Of a stretch of DNA of 64,000 nucleotides, positions 12,556 through 25,800 are shown piece after piece. Position 1 is the stretch's first letter. Each line of letters begins with the position of its first letter. A program made the translations under genes and the position numbers. The DNA comes from Amphiscolops sp. MND2022 (taxonomy: Eukaryota), in assembly GCA_964187785.1 (NCBI GenBank), contig OZ076409.1, forward strand, positions 12,836,001-12,900,000, written 5' to 3'. Below the pieces are notes generated by a model. It worked only from the letters and a program-made list of their open reading frames with translations, made no database searches and was not told the origin of the DNA.

Positions 12556-13830
12556 CTAGTATCTGAAGTCTTCTGAGTAGTTTGGATCAGGATTAGGTCT
12601 CAGATTATATCTTCCACCTCTAGGACTCCGATTTTCATTTCCTTCATCATTTTGCGATATTTCGGGCACGATAATATCATCCCCCTTTTTTGGAGACTTT
12701 TGTGCATCGCTATCATTAGCAGAATTTCGTTCTGAAAAATTTGCATCGTTTCCTTGTCTTTCGGAGAGATCCGGCAAAGATTTTTCTGGATTTTTGTGGT
12801 AAACGGCCGAATCCGGCCAATCAGAGTTTTCATTTCTAGTAGCATCACTATCTTCATTTGCATTGCTGACGTCACTTTTCATTCTTTTATCTCGGCTGTG
12901 CACTGTATCGTTGACGTCATTCGGACGATCAGTCGTGATTATGTAATCCGCTTCATTCTCGCTTGCGTTATCTGCGTTCGCTTTTGCCGTACTCGGTCTT
13001 TCTTCATTCGCCAAGCTAGCCGGAATAGGCTCGTTGCCTCGTGTAGCTAGCTGTTCACCAAAGTTTGTTTCCCACGTAACTGTGTACAAATCGTCCTGCG
13101 GAATGACAATTTCTTCGTCCGGCAGTAATCGCTCTTCTCGGAAATTGTCCTCAAGCGGTTGATTGGGGACAAACTTTTTGAGGCGAATTCGATGCAAGAT
13201 CTGAGTTTTAAGGTTAATGTTGGTTGACAGGGGTATACAGTCTGGTTCACCATTTTTGGTAATGAGTACATTCAGGAACTGTCTCTCGTCTAGTAGCGAT
13301 TGTGGAATTGATTCTGCACAGTTTTCGATATTCTCGGTTCCCAAGGGGTTTGGAAACACCGGATGGTTTGTACCATCATTTATTTGCCAATTTCCAATTA
13401 GCGCTCTGGTTTTCTTGTTATGGGTAATTGGAGGGTTCTCGTGGACTGTCTTGTTGTAATGTTCAATATCGTCTAGAACATATTGAAATTGCAATAGATC
13501 CTGGTTGCAGATCTCAGTGTCCCAGTAGTGATCTCTTCCATAATCTGGGTCGATGTATGTAGGGTTGTAGTCGTCTACTAAGGGAATGGGCCTGAATCGG
13601 GTAGTAAAGGTAGTTGTGTAATCAGGATCCCAAACAGGAATTGATTTCTGGAACAAATGGGTATTATTATAGGTAATAATGATAGCTTTTTCAATTTGCT
13701 GCTGCCAGACAACAGAAGGATAGCCCATCAATTGTTGTTGGTAATTATGAAAGTTTTTGGTTTGAGGGTCCGATTTGATGTATTGACGGACAGAGACTAG
13801 TTGGTTGTATTGGAGTGGTGGCGAAGCTAG
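12556..13830 (-). pseudogene. pol: Element A pol remnant: pre-protease region fused in frame to the integrase C-terminal tail
   Basis: ...CIPLSTNINLK|TQILHRIRLKKFVP... joins segments homologous to element C YIPLHSTIVLK (before the protease) and TQTLHRIR (IN tail); ends RYNLRPNP.PN like C. Confidence 0.85.
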
Positions 13831-13835
13831 TTTTT

Positions 13836-15544
13836 TTACTCATCTTTGCTTGATGAGGATTGGGAATTGGATGATGTTGGCTTGTGATGGGGTTTTGAGG
13901 ATTTGAGGTCAGGATCGCTGTCCGACGAGTCCTCTGGCCTGGTGCGTTTGGGCTTGAGATGCGCACCAGCACCTTGCCAGCATCTCTCCTCAGGGTGGTT
14001 TGTCTTGCCACATGTCCCACATTTAGGATAAACCTTTTTCTGTGTGGGCTTGCCTTGTTGGGCATCTTTCTCCTTCTTCTTTTTGCGCTTTTCACAGTCT
14101 TTGACGATGTGGCCCTTTTCTTTGCAATAGTTGCAGGTAATGTCACTCATTTGGACGTTTGATGGAACAGTTTTTGTTTTTGTGGCTGAAGACGTCATTG
14201 ATGCCATTGGTAGGTCATCAGATTCTTCAAGCGCGTTTAGCTCCAATTCTCTCTCAAGATGAGCGACAATTTCGTCATAGGAGCCGTTCTCTAATCTGGC
14301 CATATTTACTGATCTTTTTTGCTTGGGCGGCAGTTTTGCGTATAGGAGACTGTCAATAATCTTTTGGGCATTGTCTCCGAATGTTTTTTCTGCGCCTTGA
14401 TTCAGCTCTTCAAGAAAATCTGGTAGTTTTGTCGTATTGGGATCAAATACCAGACGGTGCCATTTATGTTTGGCAGTTGCTTGAGATTCGGGTTTGACGT
14501 ATTTCCGTCTGAAGATGACTAATACGTCCTCGAGAGTTTGTCTGTTAGCTGTGCTAATGTTTCGGAATGTTTGCAGAGCGTTTTTTCTCAAAAGCGAATG
14601 AAAATGATTAATTTTCATCTGCTCGGACATCAACTTGATCATCGTGTGGAATAGATATACGAACAGCCCGAACTTCTTGCTTTTGCCGTCAAAAGTCATA
14701 GTGTTTGAGTTGACTGGGCGGATAGTGGGTTGTTGGGCTGTTGGACGGTTCTGCATACTGGTCAAGACATCAGCTACCTGTTGATAGGGTCTTGTTCCGG
14801 GGCCGGAACGGTCCTTTCTTGTGCTGGGATCGTCGTGTCGAGCAGGGGATTGAGGTCATCATGAGATCGGTTGAGATGACTTCTTGATGGCATTCGTCCC
14901 GTGAGAAACTCAGGAATATCAGTTGGAGATTCGTTTTCTCCTGTCACCATGTCGTAAGCACGCGCGTTTGTGGATGTAGTTGGACCGTCTTTCTGACAGT
15001 CCATAAATGGCTTACTTCTCGAGATATCTCTGGAATCTGAGTTTCGCAGAACTTCGGAATATCCTTCCGGTCTCTCGGCCGGAACGTTCCATCTTTCTCT
15101 GGTCAAATGTCCCGATCCGGCCACAATGGCATTTTGAATCTGGGGTAAAACCTGATTGCTAATTGCATCATTTATGGCTCTCTGTATCTGAACACTGACA
15201 CTATTCATCATCTCGTCCATCTCTCTAGATATTCGGGAATTCAATTCACTCGACAGTCTATTTATCTCAGCACTAGAATTACCTCCAGCAGAGTTTTGGC
15301 CGTAATCGGCATTTGGACTAAGTCCGTCATTTCTTGAATTTAAGTACCTGTTTTCATCATTATTTTCAAATTGATCACCAAAAGTACTTTCAGGTCTTCT
15401 GGTTTGATTACTACTGAGGCTTTCATCTCTCTCATTTCTACTGAAATGGTTTTCTCCGAGCATCATATCTACATTTTCAATGCCCGAAATTATCTCAACT
15501 CCTCTAGATTTTCTGGTTTTCTTCTGCTTTCTTGTTGTAGGCAT
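13836..15544 (-). pseudogene. gag: Element A gag, starting inside the 5' LTR; 1-bp frameshift near 14775
   Basis: ORF 15544..14774 and ORF 14765..13836 join as INR(L)ADVLTSMQN. TFDGKS.KF..F capsid-like region shared with C; knuckles CNYCKEKGHIVKDC and CGTCGKTNHPEERC. Confidence 0.88.
14938..14949 (-). promoter_or_regulatory. Primer binding site TGGTGACAGGAG of element A
   Basis: TGG-starting tract directly after the 5' LTR; the identical 12-mer follows the 5' LTR of element C. Cognate tRNA not identified. Confidence 0.85.
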
Positions 15545-17131
15545 TAGAAAGAAAGTCCGAGGTAAAACAGTGAATTAGGTTTTATTCGGAAAATAGGATT
15601 TTGTACGTTGTATCGTAAACAGGTATATCAAACTAAACTTGGAGAAGCAAAATACAATTGTGTCCCTCTCGGAAAAATACCAATATATATACCCCTGAGA
15701 GGGTGACACTCACATTCCTTGCATGACAATCTATTTACAAATTCCATAAAGGGCACATGACCATGGCGGGTGACCACTAACATTCATTCATTTTTAGCGG
15801 CGTCAACTGCATCAAAGCACTTAGGAATTTGTCCCGTTAGGGCCAAAGGGAATTCATACCTAATTCATTCGCAGCAAAATCATTTAAAGTTTACATAAAA
15901 TATGGAATGCACTCAAATGCATTTTCTAACTGCAAATACTATCATCAAAGGGGAGCGGAGGAATTTAGCCTTATTATATTAGGCAAACAACACTTTGACC
16001 AAACATCAAAACTAATACTTTCAAATTGTTTACAGTGAGAGGAATGTAAACTATTTAGCGGCACGTGCCTACACACGTGCGTAGAATCAACAAAACAAAG
16101 ACACAGTTTCATGCAATAGAAATGAACATAATATAGCAATATGGCCTAATACGGCCATTGGACTTGGGAACTGGCCAATAGTGAAGGCCGGAATAGGACA
16201 GGTAACGGGTATTCGGATTGCTACTACTGGTCGTTATTATTGCACTAATTGGATTTAAAAAGCTCATTAACATCTTCAAGTATATAAATATAATCTTACA
16301 TGACTGTAAAACAAACTCATTCATGCTTAAAAGCATCTCTAATAATAATAAGCAAAATGGCCTAAACCGGCCATTTGCCTTTTGTCCTGCATTACCAATC
16401 TAATATAACGTCAAGTGGCCATATACGGCCAATCAATTAAAAATGTGTACAGCGCTTTACACAATCTGGCCTGAATAGGCTAATTGCCTCGTATTAAGTA
16501 AACATTATTAAAATACTGGTCAAACGGCCTTAACCGTCTGAAAGAGCTAAGTCTGTGGTGTAGTTAGTTAATACTGCACTAGAGGGGTTATTCAGCCTAA
16601 GAGTACAAGCACATGAATCCTGGTTAATAATTAGCATCACAATTGCGCTTTTTGTGAAATGGCCGGAACCGGCCGTCTGACTGGATATTTATTAAAAGTA
16701 GCGAAGTTATGTCCACAGGCCTTATTCGGCCATTAATGAATGGAAATATTAACTGCGTAGCAAATGGAGTAATTTGATTGGACAAGGCCGCGTGCTCAAG
16801 TGACGTATCTGGTACGGGATTTTATCAATAGCAACTATAATTAAAACAATTAGCAATGCTTCTTCTAACACCTTTTATCATTGCATCTGACGTATTAAGA
16901 CAGCTTCAAGTACTTTCCAAGAAAATAAACAGCACTACTGATTAAATAGCACAGATTACTTGATGAAAGCTAAATAGGCCGGAACCGGCCATTGGACCAG
17001 CGTCCGCGAGCATAGTGGTTAGATTAAGGCAAGCGGCCATAACCGGCCAAATAATGTATTGCTGAGAGATAATGCTAATACTAGCTATACTGCACTGTGA
17101 TTGGTTAATTTGCAGGAGGCAGCCTGCGACA
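14950..17131 (-). repeat. 5' LTR of element A (2182 bp), with TATA-like box (15684-15691) and AATAAA (15581-15586)
   Basis: Direct repeat of 9020-11197; adjacent to the PBS. Confidence 0.97.
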
Positions 17132-17500
17132 GCTTGCATTTCTTGAAAAGTGTCATCAGCCTCATCAGAAGCCGTTTCCACAGCAGATGAGCAGTGCAAC
17201 AAGGTGTGATGATATAATTATGCAATCTCTACATGTAAACTGAGATAACACCGACAGATATTCTGAACAGATTGAAACTATTTAAGCATCTACGTTTGAC
17301 TTTGACACTGCTGAAACTTTTTGATACCTAACGAATTTTGAATTACACACACTTTTGTGTCTTTAGTAAATTCGTATATTCATGCAATTGAGGCAGTTTA
17401 AACCGAAAATTGTCCCTTTTGTTAATCCTGTGGGCACTTGCATGACACGAAATTGGCTTTGAAAAAGTCGAGTCCAGTGGTAACTCCTTGTAAAGAGAAA
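17132..17500 (-). pseudogene. Continuation of the BEL/Pao relic (gag zinc-knuckle region) split by element A
   Basis: Minus strand reads ...YHHTLLHC, matching the Pao gag C..C...HHTLLH knuckle; contiguous with 6560-9019 across the TSD. Confidence 0.6.
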
Positions 17501-17506
17501 TTGGGC

Positions 17507-17949
17507 TAGGGCTGTGCAATTAACCGACCGAACTCGAATAACCGACCGAAGTTGTCACTAACCGAAACCGACCGACTTATTATATAACCGACTTCGGTTA
17601 ATTCCTTCATCCAATTAGATTGAAGCTGGAAAGAAAAACTGGTTTACTGGAAAGAAAAAAGACAAGTATTTCCTTTTTTAAGTGTAAAGGCCCAGTTTTT
17701 ATTTGGAATATCAGCTACAGCAGTTCTTAGTGAACGACATTGGTCCGGTTCAGGCAACATCACGCAAAGAAACTTTCCGCGAACTTGTTTTTTTGAGAAG
17801 TTGCATAAATTAAATTGTTCAAAACTGAAGTTGAAAATTACTGTTTTGTTCACTTTGTTTTTAAATAACCGACTGATAACCGACCGAGTTTTTAAATAAC
17901 CGACCGATAACCGACCGAACTCGAAAAAAAGGATAATTGCACAGCCCTA
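17507..17949. mobile_element. hAT-type MITE (443 bp)
   Basis: 16-bp TIR TAGGGCTGTGCAATTA / TAATTGCACAGCCCTA; 8-bp TSD AATTGGGC / AACTGGGC (7/8); subterminal ACCGA repeats; no transposase ORF. Confidence 0.9.
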
Positions 17950-17992
17950 AACTGGGCTTCTTGATGTTAACACCAGAGGCCTAGTTGCGGAG

Positions 17993-18263
17993 TGTACTCA
18001 CCTACATTAATAACCAATAGTATTTAGATATTTATAGAATGTTCTAGAATTTACATTTATTTATTATTGAATGACTGTAAGTCTCTACTCCCTCAGAGAG
18101 AGAGAAAACTAATAATCAGTATTCAGTTGACTTCCTTTTTGTTCTACTTCTAACACCTCGAACTAGTTGTAATAAAGTTAGCTAGCTAGCCTGTCTCTTA
18201 GCCGCTTTTAGTAGTTGTTAATAATACCACCAAAAGAAATAACAAACCATTAAAAGCAGCACA
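17993..18263 (+). repeat. 5' LTR of element B (271 bp)
   Basis: TGT...ACA ends, contains AATAAA, followed by ATT-TGGTGCGAC; first ~135 bp repeated at 36217. Confidence 0.88.
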
Positions 18264-18266
18264 ATT

Positions 18267-18278
18267 TGGTGCGACTTG
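18267..18278 (+). promoter_or_regulatory. Primer binding site of element B (TGGTGCGACTTG)
   Basis: TGG-initiated tract 3 nt after the LTR end. Confidence 0.7.
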
Positions 18279-18488
18279 TAAAATTTCTTGCCTTTTCTCC
18301 TGGATGATTTCTCTTCTCTCAACAATCATACAAATACCACTCTCCATCTTTGAAATTCTCTGGAATTGCAGTGAAATCTTTCTAGAATTTCTAGAAAATT
18401 TAGTCTGTGACTTTCTGAATTACATTATTAAATACATCATCGTTCGAAAATACAACAATCCACTCAAATACAACAAATTTTCTTCACT

Positions 18489-18712
18489 ACCGGTTTATCA
18501 CGTTTTCTAACACGTTGACACGGTTCTTCCTCCTGCTCTTCTTGCCACACCGGTTTATCACGTTTTCTAATACGTTGAAACGGTTTCATTTCAGACTGAT
18601 TTATCCATTGTGACACAGTTCTCTTTCTCTTCTCTTTCCAGACTGATTTATCCACAAGTGACACAGTTCTGTTCTCTATACTGATTTATCACAGCTAATC
18701 CGGAAGCTTGTT
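18489..18712 (+). repeat. Short imperfect repeats in the leader of element B
   Basis: ACCGGTTTATCACGTTTTCTAA.ACGTTGA twice with a 60-bp period; CAGACTGATTTATCCA...GTGACACAGTTCT twice plus a partial copy. Confidence 0.85.
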
Positions 18713-19805
18713 GAAACAGATCGTTGATGTTTGTCTGGTTTATCAAGGTTTTCTAACACCTTTGACACAGCAACTTTCTTCAATCCTGCTATCTTAAACG
18801 TCAGGTGGACTCCTGGTGTAATAGTTGACTGAATGCATGTCCAGCTCAGCTCACCTATAAGCACATACGTATCAAGATCAACTTCGTGATGGCAGAAAAC
18901 CTGGATTTTCTACCTTTACGTTTCGGATCCATTTTCTACGAAAAATTCCTACAAAATAGTTTTCAGAAATAGACTCTGAATACAAAAAAAGGGGCAACCA
19001 AGACTATCTACAAAAAACAACCACGCACTATTCCATTTCTTTTCCAATTGTCGACAAACAATACAATTAATTTTACAAACCTTAAACAATACAAATAACT
19101 TCAAAACTTAAAAAACACAAGCAAAATAACAACACAATCTACACTCAACCTTATATCTAATACTTTCAACGGTAATAATTTTAACATAATCCTACAAAAC
19201 ATTTATTTCAACAAAATACCACATACAATTCTTACAACTCTTTTGCCCCAAAACCTAAAATAAGGCATGTAAATAACACAAACACTGTAAAGTTAGTTTT
19301 CTACTTTCAGGCGCCCACAATTGCTATCCCCTCCCGTAAGACTTAGACAATCAGACAGCCTCACCAGCTTACTCTGATTCTAAGACTGACTAACAACCTT
19401 GGTAAGTGTAAACGTCTTAAAGGAGAATCGAGAGGACACCGAACTACGTTCGAATCTTCAAAATTCTCAGGAAATAAAAGTAAAAGTAAAAGAAACAAAG
19501 ATCAAACTTTGATCTTGATCAGCATTGATCAGACTTTGGATAGTGGACGTTGATTGTTCAGAGTTCCACTCCCTTAGTCTTAAAACACACAACCCACTTA
19601 AAATTAAAACCACCTTAGTTTTTCTGGACGAGTCAGTAACCTTATGTTAGACACTTTGAAGTGATCCAGACTTAAAATCACATTTAGTTTCTGTTAGCAA
19701 TCCTTTGAGGTTGAATACAGATCCTAGTGCATCCGCTTCTTTCTTCTCTATCCAAAACTACTAACATCCCAAATAACTTCAAATTCTTGTTAGAACACAA
19801 ATTAT

Positions 19806-22800
19806 ATGAACTCTAACATATACAATCAAGCGATTTATCCTTTCAACTTTTACATTCCGCCAATTAGCTCACTTCAAAATCCTACATCAAACGATTTTGA
19901 AAGATTAATTGAACGATATCAACAATATTTGTTCTTTATCATAAATCAACAAAGACATTACCCAAGAGCTCCAACTTAGAAGGATCTCTATAAAAAATTA
20001 TTTTCAACGTTTCAATCTTCACATTATAACATGTGGGGAAAAGTTACCACAGTAGTACTCATTACAACATGCACGTTTTGTGTCTTATTTATAGTTTGTG
20101 TTCTCCTTGAAAAAATACTTACAGTGAAAAGAGATAAACTTTAAAAATGTCCTCAACAACAACCTTTCTACCTTGTCAAACTCCCGTCATTAAAATGCAA
20201 AAGTTGTAAAATTAGAACTAAACCCATTCCTACAAAACATTATTTCACATTATACACAACCACTCCCATTTGAGAATGAACCTCATACATTTGAAACAAT
20301 ACTTCTTATCAGAGAACAATTGGACACATACCTCTTCTATATTAGATACAAAGTTTTAACTATCACCGCAGAATACCCAGCTTTTCAAATCTCCTTTCCT
20401 CAACAAAGACCTAATTCATCTGATATATACAGAAGAACAATAAACCCAATGAATCTCCAAGTTCCTATTAAACAAGTTTTTCATGCTTTTTTAAACAATG
20501 TGAAAGACCACAACCTAGCACATGAAATTCCATAATTTAGTCCAAATGCACTCGACGACCTTGAACGAGATATAAACAATTTCGAAAAAGAAATTATTGA
20601 AAGATTAGTTAATCCTGAAGACAATCCTCATCATTGGTTACAAACTGATATACTACGAATTCAAAATTTCTTCTACCATTATTTCAAAGACTTAACATTA
20701 AATGACCAAACAACTCCTCAGGTCAAAGTAATATCTCTATTCCTCAGAAAATACTTCAGATTTAATTATCAACTATTATGGTCACAACAAGATCAATCTG
20801 CTTTTACAGCATTCCCAAATCATTTTACAGTCGACGAATGTTTACCATTCATCATCAGTGAACAAAATGAACAACCTTATTTTCATAAACCACAATTAAT
20901 TACAAAACAAACTTTAGATTACATACGTTTTGATCCTCTATTAATTACAGAAAATGATCTATTTGCAGACAATAGACCTTATCACTATGAACAAAATTCT
21001 CAAGTTCAGCAAAACTTACATTTTACCACTAATAACTATACTGAAGATGATAATACCAATAATGAAAATACATTCCAACAACAAAATCAAAATGAAAACT
21101 ATACCGATAATGAGTTTACTACTCAAGAATCTACAATTTCAACACAAAGATCATCACAAACAGGAATATCAACATCAGTACACACTCAGGCCTTTAGAGT
21201 TCCCACTAGAGTTGTAAGTCAGAGACAAAATACACATAGTCCTCAATCTCATTTAGATACATCTCCAAACCGTAATATAACTTTCAACCTTCCATACACG
21301 GATGAAACACACGACGAAACCCATGATACATTACATGATGATATTCTGACCCCATCTAGTGCTCAGAATACTTCTGGTAATGTTGCATCTCCAACAAGAA
21401 CTATTCCTGATTCTACAAGATACATTACTCGACCTAGATATGATCCTCTATCAAATCCCTCTGCTTTCCGCTCAAATAGATCGATTACTTCAAACAACAA
21501 TTGTAATGATAATCCTCAAACTTCCAATCAATATTACGATCCATTTAATTATAACTTTTATCCTCCATCAAATACAACTACCAATACAAATATCAACCAA
21601 AATCACTCTCAATTTAATACAACTTCAACAACACAAAACCCTTTCATACAATTATCACATACCACTACTTCACAGAATATATATTCTCAAAATCAAGGAA
21701 CTTCGTATCCTTCCACTTCTTATTCTCATATCACACAAGCTTCTCAAAGGAGACTTCAAAACCCTCCACTTACACATATACCAACTGTTCCTTTGTATCA
21801 AATGCATCCAAATCCAAATCCTAATCCTAATCCAAATCCATTACCACAAAATACAACTCAACATATACCTCCTCAACTCACACATCAATTAGCTCCTCCA
21901 CTCCAGTATTTACCAATGCCACAAGATACCTTTATGAACATGTCCGCTTCAATACCAGAACCTATGAAACCTTTTGATGGTTTTGACCATTCTTATACCC
22001 CAGAAGAATATCTACAACAAGTCGAAGCTAGATTAACCTTCGCCATAGGTGAAGAACCTCAGAATAATCTTATAAGATACAAATCTTGGCATAACAGACG
22101 CATGGCTTACATACAATGTTCATTAACAGGAACAGCTGTCGATTGGTATACTAACCTTCATATATCATATAAACAACAATGGAACTCCTTTGTACAATTA
22201 TTCAAAAAACAATTTTCATCTCAAAAAACAGCTTACTACGCCCAAGTAGAAGCTATGTCACTCATGAAAAAAGATAATGAAACAATACGCCACTTCGCCC
22301 TTAGAGTACAACAATTAGTTAAAAAGGGATGGTGTAATGAAAATGCAGCTACCATAAACCTCAAAAATAATGAAATCTTTACTAAAGGATTCCCCAAGAA
22401 ATTAAAAGATTTTGCCCATAAACGACAAGTTAAACATGTATCAACATTACTTGAACCTTCAATACCATTTCACACACTTGTTAGAAATGCCGATTCTGAA
22501 GACATTGCTAATAAAAAAATTAGAACTAACGACTTAGCTCTAGAAATAAACAAAGTATCGCTTGAAGATGATACTAGCAAAAATAAATTTGAACATGAAG
22601 ATCATATAATGGTTACTCAATCTGGAGACCCAAATAACAAAAACAAACCAGCTTATAAAAAATATTGTTCCTATCGTCACAAAAATAATCATAGTATTTC
22701 AAATTGTTATCAAAAACAACGTAATGATGAATACCAAAAATACAATAACCAAAGATCACGAACTCCTCAACAACTTTTGTACAATATTTTAGCAGTAAAC

Positions 22801-25800
22801 CTAATAATTCACAAGAAAATCGAAATGACAATACAAATCCTTACTCCTCAGATGATGATCGTAACAAATATAATCAAAATTACTATAATGATAGATACAG
22901 AAATAATGATAGATATCGTAGCAATAGTAAAGAATATTCGCAAAACAACTATCGATCAAATTCTCGACAAAGATATTACAATCGATCTCGAAGTCCATAT
23001 AGATCTCGATTTGATAATTATTATCAAAGAAGAACTCCATCTAGACCTCCATATAGATCTCCATATAGAAATAACTCAAATTACAGATATAACTCTCGCT
23101 CAAGATACAGATCTCGTTCCCAATCACAAGGAAACTCCTTTAAACGATATAATTATCCATATAGATCTCCATCAAGACCTAGAGATTTTAAATCACGATC
23201 TAGAACACCCTCACGAAACAGACAACAAAACAGAATAAATCAAGTAGACGTTAAATCTACAAAAGACAATGATAGTACAAAGATTGAAATCCACACCTGT
23301 CAAATAACTGAAATAGCTAATACAATCACTCCTTATAGTTGGTTTTATCCACTATATATTCACGCTTCTGGAACAAATGATAACATATTACCTTCAAAAT
23401 TGGAAATCTTATTCCTCTTAGATACTGGAGCATCCATATCTGTTTTGAATTTACCAACATTTCATGTAATTTCCAAACAATTAAACATCAATGTTCCAAC
23501 CAATCTTCAAAACAAAAGAGCCAAAACTCTTACAGTTGCAAACCAAACTGAAGTACCAATAATACACTATATTTCGATGACCTGTTTTACTGAAGTAAAC
23601 CATCAAACGCAATCCTTCAATATCGATTTCGCCGTAGCCAATATCTAATACAACATTCTTGGGACACCCTTTTTCAAAAAACACATCCAAAATATCGATT
23701 TTCAACAAAATATTATGACTTACATAGAACAACATCCAAAGCTTCCAACAAAAACAACATTTTCCACATTTACAGAAAAGGATTACCCATATATTTCTTA
23801 CATCTATACTATTAAATGTAAAGAACCAATTCACTTTAAACCAAGGTCAGGAAAAACCATACATTTCCCAATTAAAAACTATTCAAATCTACATTTTGAA
23901 CTTGAAGATAATACAAAATTCTATCCAACAAACCCATATGCATACTTCTTACAAAAAGTTAAAGATATCTTTCATTTCTTAGATATGGTAGTCAATGGAA
24001 AAAGCAAAGACTCTTGTGCAACCATAATTCAAAACTTTACATCTTACCCAGCCACATTACCACGAGGAATCATTGGATACATAGAGATACCTATTACTCA
24101 AACAACTCCTCCTCACTATAGAGTTAAAGATGTAAATTCACTTATTCACTCTGTTATACATGCGTATCATCCTGATACCACAACTCCAATTAAACAAAAT
24201 CCATATGCAGATATGAACTTATGTGCTAGGGTAACACCAAAATCCCTATTAGAAAGTAACAAAATAGAAATCAACGACGAAACACTTCAACTTCCTATAC
24301 CTTCTGTTACTGGAAACCTTCGACCCTCCGATTAAATTCGAAAAGATTTTCCTCCATTACCCTATTCTACAGAAAACCAACAATTCATAAAAAAGTTTAA
24401 CTTTGAATACTCAGATCTAACCGATACAGAATATGTAAAACTCTGCAATATTTCGATTGATAATCAAAATTGTTACGCCAAACATAAGAACGACGTAGGA
24501 AAAATTTTCTATTCCCTTTCGAATTAGAATAAAAGATAATTGTACACTTCAAACACAAAGACCTTCTAAAGTACCAATTCACTATAGAGATAGACTAAAT
24601 AAACTTTTACTAGAACTCGAAAAATACAATATAATAGAACAAATTGGTTCCACATCAGATGAAAAACACACAATTGGAACAACATTTTTAAATCCTTTGA
24701 TTATTATCCGAAAAGGAGACGCAATAAAAGTTGTATTAGACGCAAGACATCTAAACTCAAACACCAACCAAAAACTTACATCTTGGCCTATTGAACCTTT
24801 ACCTCCTGAATTAGATAGAGCCAATAAAAAATATAAACCAACTATTGATCTAATGTATGCCTATGCTCATACACCATTAGACGAAGAAACGATCAAACTT
24901 ACAGGATTTTCATCCGGTGACAAACTATACGCCTTTATCCGTGGATTTTATGGATTAAAGGGACTTCCAAACTTTTTCACAAAACAAATGTCAACTTTCT
25001 TTAGATCATTTATGGACAAACGTTCTGCGTTAGTTTATATCGATGATGTTTTATTACTCGCAAATGAAAAACAAGAAATGTTTGAACTCATAAAAGAATT
25101 ACATACAATAGCATCTCAAGAAAATCTTAAACTTGCACTCGAAAAATCATTCTACATGTTACTCAAAGTAAAATTCCTTGGACATGAGATTGCTAACAAC
25201 ACATTCAAACCAATTCCATCCAAAATCGAAGCCATTAAATGAATTCCATCACCAAAAGAAAAGAAAGATGTTATGCAATTTCTTGGCAGTGTTAACTTTT
25301 ATTCAAAATTCATTGAAAAACTCCATATAAACCATGAACCATTGTATACATTACTACATGATGATGTCAAATTTCAATTGACACCTGAATTAGAAAAAAT
25401 ATTCCAAAATGTTAAAAATGCAATGACAGCAGACACTGAATTATCAATACCCAATACAACGCATCCATTTTTCATAACAGTAGATGCTTCGTTAGTTGGT
25501 TTAGGCGCAGTCGTATTCCAAATGAACAAAGAAAATAAGATGAAAGTAATCTCTTATAACTCCAGAATTCTTAACACACAAGAACAAAAACTTTCAACTT
25601 TAGATAGAGAACTTCTCGCAATAGTTTACGCATTACAAATATATGAATTTTTGATCATTGGACCTCCTCATCCCATATACATCTTCACAGATCACAAACC
25701 TTTACTACATTGTTTCGCAAAGAAAGGAAATCTTAGTCCTAGATTCTATAGAGCACAAATGCAACTAACCAAATTCTCCAAACTAAAAATCATTCATACC

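Larger units (their letters stand above)
9020..17131 (-). mobile_element. Element A: non-autonomous Ty3/Gypsy-like LTR retrotransposon with ~2.18-kb LTRs and internal deletion of PR-RT-RH-IN core
   Basis: Near-identical direct repeats bounded by TGTCG...CGACA; 5-bp TSD GCTTG at 9015-9019 and 17132-17136; PBS; gag with two CCHC knuckles. Confidence 0.96.

Noticed and set aside
20954..21892. ORF-track Ile/Leu-rich ORFs 20954..21217 and 21359..21892
   Set aside because: Shadow frames of the G-poor gag extension; the true frame is that of 21793.
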